64,000 nt of DNA from the NCBI GenBank assembly GCA_964642855.1, contig CAZXSK010000001.1, positions 111,637-175,636 of the forward strand. The letters are read 5' to 3'. The notes under the pieces are model-generated. The model did not search any database. It was given only the letters and a program-made list of their open reading frames with translations, and was not told the origin of the DNA. The DNA comes from an uncultured Planctomycetaceae bacterium. Its GTDB lineage: Bacteria > Planctomycetota > Phycisphaerae > SM23-33. This document shows, one piece after another, positions 8,349 through 18,876 of this stretch; position 1 is the first letter of the stretch; every line of letters begins with the position of its first letter. Both the position numbers and the translations under genes were made by a program.

Positions 8349-11063
8349 TCAGAACTCGGATATCGCTTCTTCTTTGCTGGTGTCGTGGGTCTGCGATTCC
8401 CCCCCGGTGACGGGCCCGGCCTTGCGCTGCGATGATGGGCTCTCGCGCCGTTTCTGCGAGGCGCGGAAGTCCTGCTGCTCGCCCTGGGCCGACGAACCGC
8501 CGACGATCAGGCGAAGCTGCTGGACCATGTTGTTGAGCTCCTCGGCCTGGGCGCTGAGCTCCTCCGACGCCGAAGCCGATTCCTCGGCGTTGGCGGCGTT
8601 GCCCTGGGTGACCTGGTCCATCTGCGTGATCGCGGTGGAGATCTGGTCGATGCCCTGGGACTGCTCGTTGCTGGCCGAGGCAATTTCGCTGACGAGCTGC
8701 CCGACCTTTTCGGCGTTGGTTGTGATCTCCGCGAAGGCTTCGGAGGTCTGCTTCGCGACGTTCACACCGTTGTCGGCATTCTTGACCGATTCCTCGATCA
8801 TGCCGGCGGTGTTCCGGGCGGCCTCGGCCGATCGCATGGCCAGGTTGCGGACCTCCTCGGCCACGACGGCGAACCCCTTGCCTGCCTCCCCTGCCCGTGC
8901 GGCTTCAACCGCCGCGTTGAGGGCAAGCAGGTTTGTCTGGAACGCGATGTCGTCGATGGTCTTGAGAACCTTGGCCGTTTCGTCGGACGACGTCTTGATG
9001 GCGCCAATGGCCTGGTCGAGCTGTTTCATCGACTCCTGCCCGTTGGAGACCGCCTTGGACGTCCGCGTCATGAGGTCGTCGGCCTGGCTGGCGTTGCTGG
9101 CGTTCTGCTTGGTCATGGAAGACATCTCTTCCATGCTGGCGGTGGTCTCCTCGACGGCTGCCGCCCCTTCGCTGGCGCCCTGCGCCAACGACTGGCTGGC
9201 ACTGGAGACCTGCCCGGCCGCTTCGGTGGTCTGCTCGGCACCGGCGCTGAGCCCGGTGATGATCCGGTTGATCGGGCCGGCAATCGAGGCAGCTACCAGC
9301 AGCGCCACACCCACGATGGCAGCGACACCCACCACCGCGATGATGCCCATCAGCCACTTCATGGCCGTGACGGCTGCGAAGGCCTCGGACTCATCGACTT
9401 CGGCAAGCAGCGCCCAGGTGGTGTCGCCGACTTTCACGGGCGTGTAGGCGCTGAGCACCGGGTTGCCGTTGTAGTCGGTCACGATCTTGGCGTCGGTGTT
9501 GCCCGCGAGGGCCTCGCGTGCGGCTTCGGTATCGACGCCGTTAGACTGCACCGTGCCCGCGAACGACGCGGCTACCGAGTGGCCTTCGGGGTCGAGGAAC
9601 GAGTCGCTCCGCATGCGCTTGTCCGGGCCGACAAGATAGGTCTCGCCCGTTTCGCCCATGCCGGCGCGTTCCCGCATGATGTTGTTGATCGCTTCCAGCG
9701 ACAGCTGCAGCGCGACGACCACCTGCACCTTGCCGTGCTTGACGATCGGCTCGGCGATGAACGCAGCCGGGGCACCGTTGGACGGCGCGTACGGCTCGAA
9801 GTCGGCCAGGCCGAACGAGCGCGAGTCGATGACCTCACGCACCAGCTTGCCGAGATTGGATCCGGCGTACTTGCCGCCGACGAGATTCGTGTTGAAGTCC
9901 GCCTCTCTGCAGACGGTGTAGAACGCCTTGCCCTGGGGGTGGATCAGGAACAGATCGTAGTAGCCGTACTTCTCGATGTACTTGGTGTAGTAATCGTCCT
10001 CTTCGCCTTCGAGCCTCGGGGCGATGACTTCCTCAAGGTTGATCTTCGAGACCGAGGCCCAGTGGAGCCCGTCGATCTCCAGGGGATCGTAGGCCACCAT
10101 CACGAGGCTGCCCGAACTGTCGGTAAAGGTCTCGATGGCGCTTTCGCCTTCGAGGGCCTTCTGAATGTATGGCGTGGAGATCGGGTAACCGATCACGTAC
10201 TTGCCATTCCCCATCGTCTTCATATCGCTTCGGAAGGCGGTCTTTCCGCCCGGGCCCTTGCCGACGACATACGTCTCGCCGGTGGTGCCCATGCCGTCGC
10301 GTTTCTGGACGATCCTGTTGATCGGGCCGGTGGGAATCTGCAGCGCCACGACGCCAACGAGCTTCCCGTCCTGCTTGACGGGAGCCCCGATGAACGCAGC
10401 CTGTGCGCCGTTGGAAGGCTCGTACGGCTCGAAGTCGCCAATGGCCGGCTCGACGGTCGCGCCCTGGAAGCAGCGCCCCAGCGAACTGCTCTTGAGCTTG
10501 CCCGTCTGCAGGTTCTGCCCGAGGTCCGATTCCTTGCAGACGCTGTAGACCACGTCGCCATCGGCGGAAATCAGGAACAGGTCGTAGTAGCCGTACTCCT
10601 GCTGGTACTGCTTCAGCCACTGGCCGAACTGCTTTTCGACGGCCTGCCATTTCTCCCCACCGGCCTTGCCGCCTTCGGCGTCGAAGGCCTGCTCAAAGGC
10701 GACGACGGCGGCTTGGACGCTATCGTTGCCCGCCAGGACGCTCACGTCGCCGTATCGCTCGGCGAAGAAGCCCTCCAGCTGCGACTTCTTGATCTGCTGA
10801 ACGGCCTGGAGCTTGCCTTCGGCTTCGGCTTCGAGGGTGGCGACGGTTTCCATCAGCACGCCCATGTCGCCACGGCGTTCCTCGAAGAACCGTTCGATCT
10901 GGTTCTTCTTGACGTCTCTTGCCATGACCAGCTTGTTGTAGGCCTGCTCTTCCAGCGCGGTGCTGGAGTTCCAGAGCGCCAGGATACTGGCCGTTGCGAA
11001 CGGCGTGACCCCCACCAGGAGGAACAGCGTCAGAAGCTTCGCCTTCAGTGACATTTTCTTCAT
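8349..11063 (-). CDS. methyl-accepting chemotaxis protein with duplicated Cache-like periplasmic sensor (dCache), HAMP and MCP signalling domain
   Basis: Start [19 protein letters not shown] (transmembrane). Two homologous sensor modules are present ([21 protein letters not shown]... and [21 protein letters not shown]...). A second transmembrane helix follows. MCP signature [36 protein letters not shown]. Confidence 0.9.
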   Translation of the reverse strand: MKKMSLKAKLLTLFLLVGVTPFATASILALWNSSTALEEQAYNKLVMARDVKKNQIERFFEERRGDMGVLMETVATLEAEAEGKLQAVQQIKKSQLEGFFAERYGDVSVLAGNDSVQAAVVAFEQAFDAEGGKAGGEKWQAVEKQFGQWLKQYQQEYGYYDLFLISADGDVVYSVCKESDLGQNLQTGKLKSSSLGRCFQGATVEPAIGDFEPYEPSNGAQAAFIGAPVKQDGKLVGVVALQIPTGPINRIVQKRDGMGTTGETYVVGKGPGGKTAFRSDMKTMGNGKYVIGYPISTPYIQKALEGESAIETFTDSSGSLVMVAYDPLEIDGLHWASVSKINLEEVIAPRLEGEEDDYYTKYIEKYGYYDLFLIHPQGKAFYTVCREADFNTNLVGGKYAGSNLGKLVREVIDSRSFGLADFEPYAPSNGAPAAFIAEPIVKHGKVQVVVALQLSLEAINNIMRERAGMGETGETYLVGPDKRMRSDSFLDPEGHSVAASFAGTVQSNGVDTEAAREALAGNTDAKIVTDYNGNPVLSAYTPVKVGDTTWALLAEVDESEAFAAVTAMKWLMGIIAVVGVAAIVGVALLVAASIAGPINRIITGLSAGAEQTTEAAGQVSSASQSLAQGASEGAAAVEETTASMEEMSSMTKQNASNASQADDLMTRTSKAVSNGQESMKQLDQAIGAIKTSSDETAKVLKTIDDIAFQTNLLALNAAVEAARAGEAGKGFAVVAEEVRNLAMRSAEAARNTAGMIEESVKNADNGVNVAKQTSEAFAEITTNAEKVGQLVSEIASASNEQSQGIDQISTAITQMDQVTQGNAANAEESASASEELSAQAEELNNMVQQLRLIVGGSSAQGEQQDFRASQKRRESPSSQRKAGPVTGGESQTHDTSKEEAISEF

Positions 11064-11268
11064 CGATAGATCCCTTCGAAAGTTTGCTGGTATTTGCCCA
11101 CGTCCCCTCGTTTCCCACTCTGCCATTCGTCACGCCGGGACAAGCACTTGACAGGCCAGACTGCGTGTTCTCTGCGGACGCCCTGCGTACGTTTGGTACG
11201 CACGCCGATGGCAAAGCCTTTCCAGAAAGGCACTTGCAGTACCTGCGAGGGAGATGAAAAACCCCGGC

Positions 11269-12573
11269 CTAGGCGTGGGTCGTGAACGACTGGAGGTAGG
11301 TCGCGAGGTTCGCGCCCCGGCCTGTGAGGTCCAGCTTGCGTCGGATGTTCTCGCGATGCTTGCGCACCGTAGCCGGAGAAATGTGGCAGGCCCGGGCGAT
11401 TTCCTTGCTGGTCCGCCCGGAGCGGATCATCGTGCAGATCCGGACCTCGGTGGGCGTCAGACGCTGGAATCGCCGCGTGAGTTGGTCGGCAAAGGGGGAA
11501 CTGATTTCCACGAGCGATCGCTCCAGCAGGTCGACGATCGGCTGGGCTCGGGCGGGTACCTGCTGGCGGAGCGAGTCCACCAGCGGCTGGACGACGGCTT
11601 CGACGTTGCGGACCACGCTCTGACCGACGCGTTTCTTCTCCTGCTCGACGCTGCTGAGCACCTCGCGCAGGGCGGCGTTCTTGCTTTCCAGCGCAGCCTG
11701 CTCGCTGAGTACCTGCCTGCGGGCCCAGATCCGCTCGACGTTCCACGCCAGGTGATCGGCGATGCCGTCGATCAGGTCTCGCTCTTCGCGCAGGAACGGG
11801 CCCTCGTGCAACGTCGGGCGGGGCTCAACGTAGAATACCTCCACCCGGCCACACGGTTCACCGGCGACGACGATCTCTGCTGCCAGCCGGTCGGCGGACT
11901 CGCGGAAATCGTCGGTGACATACTCGCTGCCCTCGAAGACGATCCTGCCCCGGGCGATCTCGGGATACAACCAGGACTCCGGCAGCAGATCGGCCACGCC
12001 CTGCATCAGCTTCGGGATGTCGTCGCCGCATCGCATGACCACCTGCGTGATGCCGTACAGGCAGCGAAGCTCCTTCACGCGTTCCCGCAGGGCGAGTTCC
12101 GCCGTTTGGGCGGTGCGTCGGACGGCGTGTTCGTCGGTGAGGTCCAGCAGCACACACAGGGCGCCGACGACCCGCCCGCTGGGGTCGCGGTCGGGCCAGG
12201 CGTGGACCTCGCACGGGATTCGCCGGCCGTCGCGGGCGTCGATGGTGGCTTCCTGGACCACGCACTGGGCTTCACGGATCGCTGTTCTGGCCGGGCCTTT
12301 CACACAACCGCTGAGGGAGTCGCCGTTCGATGCCCTGGCGGATCCGCCGAGGATTTCCTCAGCCGCGTGGTTGAGCCCGAGGACCTCCCCGCCGGAATCG
12401 GTGACCAGCGCCGGCGCGGGGAACTCGAGAAAGAACGACCGCAGCGAGTGCGATTCGCCCTGACCGGCGACCTTGGACTGTCCCCCCGCCCCCGCCCGGT
12501 AGGCAGCCATGTGGTTGCGGAGTGCCCGCACCTCGGCCATCAGTTGGGCTTTGCTCTTGAGTGTCTGTTTCAT
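11269..12573 (-). CDS. PAS-domain LuxR-family transcriptional regulator
   Basis: Start MKQTLKSKAQLMAEV, internal to track ORF 11269..12831. C-terminal LuxR-type HTH LTPTEVRICTMIRSGRTSKEIARACHISPATVRKHRENIRRKL. N-terminal PAS-like region. Confidence 0.8.
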   Translation of the reverse strand: MKQTLKSKAQLMAEVRALRNHMAAYRAGAGGQSKVAGQGESHSLRSFFLEFPAPALVTDSGGEVLGLNHAAEEILGGSARASNGDSLSGCVKGPARTAIREAQCVVQEATIDARDGRRIPCEVHAWPDRDPSGRVVGALCVLLDLTDEHAVRRTAQTAELALRERVKELRCLYGITQVVMRCGDDIPKLMQGVADLLPESWLYPEIARGRIVFEGSEYVTDDFRESADRLAAEIVVAGEPCGRVEVFYVEPRPTLHEGPFLREERDLIDGIADHLAWNVERIWARRQVLSEQAALESKNAALREVLSSVEQEKKRVGQSVVRNVEAVVQPLVDSLRQQVPARAQPIVDLLERSLVEISSPFADQLTRRFQRLTPTEVRICTMIRSGRTSKEIARACHISPATVRKHRENIRRKLDLTGRGANLATYLQSFTTHA

Positions 12574-12820
12574 GCTCCCCGAACCCCGAATGCTCCGACC
12601 CCGGAAACTGCTTACGCAATGCGTATCGGACGGAAAGCGGCCCGTCTTTGCCGGATTGCGGGGAATTCGTGATTTCGCGATAAGGGGATCCCGCTCGGGC
12701 CGGCGCGGACAGTGCCGTCGACGGGCACGTGGACGCAGAAGCCGGCCTGGCCGGCCGGACGCCGCAAGCTGCCCCAGGGCGCAAAAGCACGGGCCCGCCG
12801 CAATGCCGACGGGCCCAACG

Positions 12821-12891
12821 CTGGGGATCAAGGATTCGAACCTTGACTAACTGATCCAGAGTCAGTCGTGCTGCCGTTACACTAATCCCCA
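12821..12891 (-). tRNA. tRNA-Gln (anticodon CTG)
   Basis: Reverse complement folds as a cloverleaf. Acceptor stem is TGGGGAT/ATCCCCA with U1:A72 and G73, which is typical of Gln. Anticodon stem ACTGA/TCAGT with loop CTCTGGA. T-arm CAAGG-TTCGAAT-CCTTG. Confidence 0.8.
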
Positions 12892-13044
12892 GTGGGATTC
12901 GGGACTTGTGCCCGAGTTGGTGCAGCGACGCCTCTGGTGCGTCTGCTTCTCTATCGGTGCATCAGTCTACAAACTGAGGCGATTCAGTCAAGCCAGAATC
13001 TCGCCCGGCTTCAAGCCGCCGGGCGGCGGGACCAGGCCGATCGA

Positions 13045-14622
13045 TCACAGGCCGGTTTTCTCGTGCAGGAACTGCTTGACGCTGTCGATGGCGATCCGCT
13101 CCTGGGCCTGCGTGTCGCGCTCGCGGACCGTCACGGTCTGGTCCTCCAGCGTCTGGCCGTCGATCGTGAAGCAATACGGCGTGCCGATCTCGTCCATCCG
13201 GGCGTAGCGTTTGCCGATGTTCTGTTTGACGTCGAACTGGCAGGTGAAGTCCTCCCGCAGCTCCATGTAGAGCTTCTGGGCGACCTCCGGCATGCCGTCC
13301 TTGTTGACCAGCGGGAACACCCCCGCCTTGATCGGCGCCATCGCCGGCGTGAACTTCATGTACACCCCGCTGGGGCGGTCTTCGTCCGGCGTGTACGCTT
13401 CGCAGAGCACCACCAGCGCGCCTCGCGTGAGCCCGCTGGCCGGCTCGATGACGTTCGGAATGTACCGGCTGCGCTGCTTGATCTCGTCCTTGGCCATGCC
13501 TTCGTCCCGGAGCTTCTGCTGGAGCTCCTGGTCGAAGTACTCCAGCTTCGCCCGGGCGTGCTCCTGGTGCTGGGACAGGTCGAAACACCCGCGATGGGCG
13601 ATGCCCTCCAGCTCGCCGAAGCCCGGAGCCGTGAACGGATAGCGGTATTCCACGTCGACACACATCTTCGAGTAGTGCGCCAACTCGTCGTCATCGTGGT
13701 CGCGGAACCGGAGATTGTCGCGATCCACACCCAGCGAGACCCACCAGTCCATCCGCTGGTCCTTCCAGAACTCGTACCACTTCGGAGCCTCGTCCGGGGC
13801 GCAGAACCACTCCATCTCCATCTGCTCGAACTCGCGGGAACGGAACACGAAGTTCCGCGGCGTGACCTCGTTGCGGAACGCCTTGCCGATCTGGGCGATG
13901 CCGAAGGGCACCTTCACACGCATCGTGTCCAGCACGTTCTTGTAGTTCAGGAAGATCCCCTGCGCCGTCTCCGGCCGGAGGTACGCCTTCGCCTCTTCGT
14001 TGCGGACCGCACCGACGTACGTCTCGAACATCAGGTTGAACAGCCTCGGCTCGGTGAGGGAGCCCTCCTTGCCGCAGGCCGGGCAGATCGGCGTTACGCC
14101 CGACGGTAGTTCGCTGAGGAACGCCACGAGGGTTTTGATGTCCTCGCCGACCTGATCGATCCTCCGGCGCGTCTTGCTGTTGGCAGCGTTGTAGGCGGCT
14201 TGGCGAGCGGTGTGGTCATTGTCCGCCTCCACCCCGGCCACGTGCACGGGCTTGTCGTCGTTGAGGAACGAGACCACCGCGACCTTGTCGGCGCGAAAGC
14301 GGGCCTTGCAGTCGCGACAATCGACCATCGGGTCGTTGAACCCGGCTACGTGCCCGGAAGCGACCCAGGTCCTTGGGTTCTGGATGATCGCCGAGTCCAG
14401 GCCGACCATCTGCAGCGGCGCGCCATCCGGGCCGATCGGCGGGCACTCGACCATCGCCTTCCACCACGAATCGCGGATGTTGTTCTTCAGCTGGATGCCC
14501 AGCGGGCCCCAGTCCCAGAACCCGTTCAAGCCGCCGTAGATCTCCGAGGCCTGAAACACAAATCCCCGTCGCTTGCAGAGCGCGACGAGCTCTTCCATCT
14601 GCTGGGTTGTTGTCGCTGCCAT
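13045..14622 (-). CDS. glyQS: glycine--tRNA ligase (dimeric alpha2 type)
   Basis: MAATTTQQMEELVALCKRRGFVFQASEIYGGLNGFWDWGPLGIQLKNNIRDSWW. Class II aaRS motifs. Start is internal to track ORF 13045..14697. Confidence 0.9.
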   Translation of the reverse strand: MAATTTQQMEELVALCKRRGFVFQASEIYGGLNGFWDWGPLGIQLKNNIRDSWWKAMVECPPIGPDGAPLQMVGLDSAIIQNPRTWVASGHVAGFNDPMVDCRDCKARFRADKVAVVSFLNDDKPVHVAGVEADNDHTARQAAYNAANSKTRRRIDQVGEDIKTLVAFLSELPSGVTPICPACGKEGSLTEPRLFNLMFETYVGAVRNEEAKAYLRPETAQGIFLNYKNVLDTMRVKVPFGIAQIGKAFRNEVTPRNFVFRSREFEQMEMEWFCAPDEAPKWYEFWKDQRMDWWVSLGVDRDNLRFRDHDDDELAHYSKMCVDVEYRYPFTAPGFGELEGIAHRGCFDLSQHQEHARAKLEYFDQELQQKLRDEGMAKDEIKQRSRYIPNVIEPASGLTRGALVVLCEAYTPDEDRPSGVYMKFTPAMAPIKAGVFPLVNKDGMPEVAQKLYMELREDFTCQFDVKQNIGKRYARMDEIGTPYCFTIDGQTLEDQTVTVRERDTQAQERIAIDSVKQFLHEKTGL

Positions 14623-14953
14623 GGTCTCCTGCCTTCCGCCGATGCGCCCGATCCCGGCCGGCTGCCGGTACGGGAAAGACGGCCATCTTAGTGGCAAACG
14701 GTGAGGCTGACAAGGTTGTTGCGGCGAGTCAATCTCGCCGGCCTGACCGGGCTCTGCGGCCCGGCCCGCCCAAGCCTTCGGCAGGCAGGTTTGCGGCCGG
14801 GGGAGTCCGCCCCGACCGGGCGAGTTTTTCCGCGTACAATTCCCTTGACGTTATTGTCAGGTGGGCTGTACCTTACTGTGCTTTCGGCAACCGGCGGGGA
14901 GAGTGTCTCTCCACCGCAACGCAACGGTTGTCTCGTGACGGGCTCTATGACAA

Positions 14954-15888
14954 TGGCAGCCTTTGAGCCCGGATGCCTGAATCCGGGCACCCAAGCGGAG
15001 GTGCACATTTTGGCCGCAAAGATAGTGAAGGAACTCATCGACGCCGGCGTCCACTTCGGACACCGCGCCAGCCGCTGGAACCCGAAGATGAAGCCGTACA
15101 TCTTCGGAAAGCGGAACCTCATCCACATCGTTGACATCAAGGAAACCCTCAAGGGCCTGCTGCTGGCCAAGCGGTTTGTCTCCCGCGTGGTCGGCCAAGG
15201 CAAGGACGTCCTGTTCGTGGGCACCAAACGTCAGGCGCGAAAGAGTGTCGAGCAGCACGCCGAGCGTGTGGGCATGCACTGGGTCACCGACCGCTGGCTG
15301 GGCGGCACGCTGACGAACTTCCGCGAGATCCGCAAGCGCATCGGGCGGCTGGAAGAACTGGAGAATCTCGAGTCCCAGGGCATGCTGGACGCGTACTCCA
15401 AGAAGGAAGGCGCCTCCCTGCGACGCGAGATGCGCAAGATCCAGCGGAACCTCGGCGGCATCCGCAAGATGCAGCGCCTGCCCGGAGCCCTGGTGATCAT
15501 CGACGAGGCCCGCGAGATCATCGCCGTCCGCGAGGCCCGCAAGATGAACATCCCCGTCGTCTGCCTGCTGGATACCGACTGCGACCCCGACCTGATCGAC
15601 ATCGCCATACCGGGCAACGACGACGCGATGCGGGGCATCGAGATCATTACCAAGCAACTGGCCGACGCCGTCGAAGAAGGCACCCGGGCCCGCGCCGAGG
15701 CCCCCGCCTCCGATGAAGGCGGCGAGGCACCCAAGCGTCGCTCCCGCAGGCCCGCCACCGCGCGTGCCGAGGGCGACGACGAGCCAGGCCAGGATAAACT
15801 CGAAGAAGGCCAGCAGCCCGAAACCCGCCCCAAGGAAGCCAAGGTCGAAACCCCGACCCCGGCTCAGGCGGAAGAGTCCAAGAGCTGA
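14954..15888 (+). CDS. rpsB: 30S ribosomal protein S2 with acidic/Pro-rich C-terminal extension
   Basis: ELIDAGVHFGHRASRWNPKMKPYIFGKRN and LGGTLTNF. Start uncertain: ATG at 14954 or GTG at 15001. C-terminal tail of about 70 aa (EAPASDEGGEAPKRRSRRPATARAEGDDEP...). Confidence 0.85.
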
Positions 15889-15989
15889 CCGGCCTGTCCG
15901 GACCAACGCTGAGAGGCAACCGCGAGGCCGGGCCCATGGGACGCCCGACCGACGACGTGTAACCCCCAGAACGATTTCCAGGAGCAATC

Positions 15990-16784
15990 ATGGCTGATAT
16001 TACCGCCTCGATGGTCAAGGCTCTCCGCGAGGAGAGCGGCCAGGGCATGATGGAATGCAAGAAGGCGCTGCAGGAAACCGACGGCGATATGGATGCCGCG
16101 CGCGACCTGCTGCGGAAGAAGTCCGGCGAAAAGGCCGTCAAGAAGGCCGACCGGGAGACCAGCGAAGGCCTCGTCGCCGCAGCCGTCTCCGACGACGGGA
16201 AGACCGCCACCATGGTCGAGGTCCGCTGCGAGACCGACTTCTGCGCACGCAACGAAGTCTTCGTCGACACCGTCAAGAAGGTGCTCGACCTCGCCTGCAA
16301 GCAGACCGACCCGGGCGAAGTCCAGGCCTCCGACGAGATCAAGGACGCCGTCCAGGACGCGTTCTCCAAGATCGGCGAGAACATGAGCTTCGGCCGCGGT
16401 TCCGTGATCGTCGCTGAGAAGGTCGGATCCTACATTCACCACAACCAGAAGGTTGGCGTGATCGTCGGCGTGGACAAGGACGTCGACGATGAGGTACTCA
16501 CCGGCGTGTGCATGCACATCGCCTTCTCCGACCCCATGGGCATCACCCCCGACGACATCCCGGCCGAGTCGGTCGAGAACGAACGCAAGTTCGCCGTCGA
16601 GGAGGCGGTCGCCTCGGGCAAGCCCCAGGAAATCGCCGAGAAGATCGTCGAAGGCAAGATGCGCAAGTTCGTCCAGCAGAATGCCCTGATGGAGCAGAAC
16701 TACGTCCGCGACGAGCAGAAGACCGTCAAGGAGGTCCTCGACGGGGCCACCGTGACCGCCTTCGCACGCTACGCGCTGGGCTAG
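15990..16784 (+). CDS. tsf: elongation factor Ts
   Basis: MADITASMVKALREESGQGMMECKKALQETDGDMDAARDLLRKKSGEKA, the canonical EF-Ts N-terminus. Confidence 0.95.
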   Translation: MADITASMVKALREESGQGMMECKKALQETDGDMDAARDLLRKKSGEKAVKKADRETSEGLVAAAVSDDGKTATMVEVRCETDFCARNEVFVDTVKKVLDLACKQTDPGEVQASDEIKDAVQDAFSKIGENMSFGRGSVIVAEKVGSYIHHNQKVGVIVGVDKDVDDEVLTGVCMHIAFSDPMGITPDDIPAESVENERKFAVEEAVASGKPQEIAEKIVEGKMRKFVQQNALMEQNYVRDEQKTVKEVLDGATVTAFARYALG

Positions 16785-16802
16785 TCGAACCGACCCGAGG
16801 CC

Positions 16803-17522
16803 ATGGCTGAGCATCCCTACACCACCGCGGTGGTCAAACTCTCCGGCGAGACCCTCGCCGAGGCGGGAGGTTTCGGCGTGGAGAGTTCCGCCCTGGCGAA
16901 GGCCGCGGGCGAACTGCTGCCCGTCTCCCGGGCGGGTACCCGGCTTGCGGTGGTGGTGGGCGGCGGGAACTTCATCCGAGGCAGAAACCTTCGCGAAGAC
17001 CCCCACGTGCAGCGGACCACCGCCGACGCGATGGGCATGCTCGCGACGGTCATCAATGCCATCGCCCTGCGGGACGCGCTGATTGGCCTGGGCGGCAAGG
17101 CCGTCGCCATGAGTGCCGTCGACGTCGGCCCCGTATGCCCCCGGTACGACGTCCGCACCGCGCAACGTCACCTGGACTCGGGCGAGATCGTCATCCTCGC
17201 CGGCGGCACGGGCAACCCGTTCTTCACCACCGACACGTGCGCGTCGTTGCGAGCGTGCGAGCTGCAGGCCGGGGTGCTCCTCAAGGCGACCCAGGTCGAC
17301 GGGGTCTACTCCGCCGACCCCAAGACCCATCCGGATGCGACGCGGTATGATGAGTTGACCTACGAGAAGGTCATCGCCGATCGCCTGGGCGTGATGGACA
17401 TGACCGCCTTCTCGATGTGCATGGAGAACAACATCCCGATCCTGGTCTTCGAGTTCGCCCGGGAGGGCAACCTCCTGCGAGCCGCCCGCGGCGAGTCGAT
17501 CGGGACGATCGTTCGACGCTAG
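16803..17522 (+). CDS. pyrH: UMP kinase
   Basis: VVKLSGE, VVGGGNFIRG and ILAGGTGNPFFTTDTCASLRA motifs. Confidence 0.95.
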   Translation: MAEHPYTTAVVKLSGETLAEAGGFGVESSALAKAAGELLPVSRAGTRLAVVVGGGNFIRGRNLREDPHVQRTTADAMGMLATVINAIALRDALIGLGGKAVAMSAVDVGPVCPRYDVRTAQRHLDSGEIVILAGGTGNPFFTTDTCASLRACELQAGVLLKATQVDGVYSADPKTHPDATRYDELTYEKVIADRLGVMDMTAFSMCMENNIPILVFEFAREGNLLRAARGESIGTIVRR

Positions 17523-17536
17523 AAAGGAACGCTGCG

Positions 17537-18097
17537 ATGGCTATGGATGAGATCCTCCTGGAAGCCGAGGAGAACATGGAATCGGCCGTGGACTACCTCA
17601 AGAAAGAGTTCCGCGGCATCCGCACCGGCCGGGCGTCGGCCGGACTGGTCGAGCACATCAAGGTGGAATACTACGGCTCGCCGACCGACCTCCGCCAGCT
17701 GGCGAGTATCTCCACCCCCGAGGCGACCATGATCGTCATCAAGCCGTTCGACCCCTCCAGCGGAAAGGAAATCGAGCGGGCGATCCAGGCCTCGGATCTG
17801 GGCATCACCCCCCAGGCCGACGGAAAAGTCATCCGCCTGATCATCCCTCCGCTGTCCGGCGAGCGTCGCACGCAGTTGGTCAACCAGGTCAAGAAGATGT
17901 CCGAGCAGACGCGCGTGGCCATCCGCAACGCCCGACGCGACGCCAACAAAGAGATCGACAAGCAGGAGAAGGCCTCCGAGCTGACCGAGGACGAGGCCAA
18001 ACGCGGCAAGGATGAAGTCCAGAAGCTGACCGATAAGTATGAGCAGCAGGTCTCCAAGCTCGTCGACGGCAAGACAAGCGAGATCGAGGAGCTGTAG
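17537..18097 (+). CDS. frr: ribosome recycling factor
   Basis: MAMDEILLEAEENMESAVDYLKKEFRGIRTGRASAGLVEHIKVEYYGSPT. Start is internal to track ORF 17417..18097. Confidence 0.95.
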   Translation: MAMDEILLEAEENMESAVDYLKKEFRGIRTGRASAGLVEHIKVEYYGSPTDLRQLASISTPEATMIVIKPFDPSSGKEIERAIQASDLGITPQADGKVIRLIIPPLSGERRTQLVNQVKKMSEQTRVAIRNARRDANKEIDKQEKASELTEDEAKRGKDEVQKLTDKYEQQVSKLVDGKTSEIEEL

Positions 18098-18147
18098 ACC
18101 CCCTGCCCGGCGATTTCTCCTGGCCCGGGCAGCGCAGAAACGATTCC

Positions 18148-18219
18148 GGGAGGGTAGCTCAATGGTAGAGCAACGGCCTTTTAAGCCGTAGGTTCTGGGT
18201 TCGAGCCCCAGCCCTCTCA
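18148..18219 (+). tRNA. tRNA-Lys (anticodon TTT)
   Basis: GGGAGGG-TA-GCTC-AATGGTA-GAGC-A-ACGGC-CTTTTAA-GCCGT-AGGTT-CTGGG-TTCGAGC-CCCAG-CCCTCTC-A. Confidence 0.85.
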
Positions 18220-18395
18220 ATGCAGCCGGCGGTTCCGGGCCCGGCCTGCTGGATGGAACCTTCCGGACACGAAAAAACGTTCAGGAAGGCCCGGGCAAGC
18301 CCCGATAGAGGGGTTGCAAAGCTGGCGACAGACGCTATAGTAGTCGCCTCACCATTGCCGCGACCTGTTGCGGCTGGGGTGGCACGAGACACCGT

Positions 18396-18468
18396 GGCCC
18401 CATCGTCTAGTGGCCTAGGACACCGGGTTTTCATCCCGGCAACCGGAGTTCGAGTCTCCGTGGGGTCA
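18396..18468 (+). tRNA. tRNA-Glu (anticodon TTC)
   Basis: GGCCCCATCGTCTAGTGGCCTAGGAC...CCGGG-TTTTCAT-CCCGG...CGGAG-TTCGAGT-CTCCG-TGGGGTC-A. D-arm resembles canonical tRNA-Glu. Confidence 0.85.
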
Positions 18469-18876
18469 ATCGCTGCAAGTGCTTACTTTGGCAAGTACTT
18501 GCAAGAGGCTGACAGGGCTTGACTTGGCGCTTTCCACCGGAATCGCCCGTCAGGCCCTGACAGGCCGTTTCAGGCGCTGTCTGCACCGGATTGTGCACCC
18601 CCCGCCCCCCTGCTGGGCCCTTTCTGCCTGACGCCCCGTCCCGCTGACCCGTCGTGTGCTTGCTGCTGTCGCATCCGACGGTACGCGCAGCAACGGCTCG
18701 AGGACTGTTGGCAGCCGCCGGACCTCGCCACGCCGGAAATCACCGCAATCGGCGGACAGGAAGCACCGACTGCCGCCGAAGAAATCTCGCTCGTCCCGAG
18801 AGCCTGTCGACTCGAGAAGGAAAATTGCTATGCTAGGGGCTGGCCGAAGCTCGATGGACAAGCGAAAGGATCCAAC

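Noticed and set aside
8349-8370. C-terminal pentapeptide of the MCP as a CheR/CheB tethering site.
   Set aside because: The terminus is ...EEAISEF. It lacks the conserved Trp of the NWETF-type motif.
12821-18468. Looked for integrase, transposase, phage or defence genes next to the four tRNA genes (Gln, Lys, Glu, Ser).
   Set aside because: No tyrosine or serine recombinase, transposase DDE or HTH signatures, or helicase or nuclease-type defence genes appear in any frame. The neighbours are housekeeping or Tad genes.
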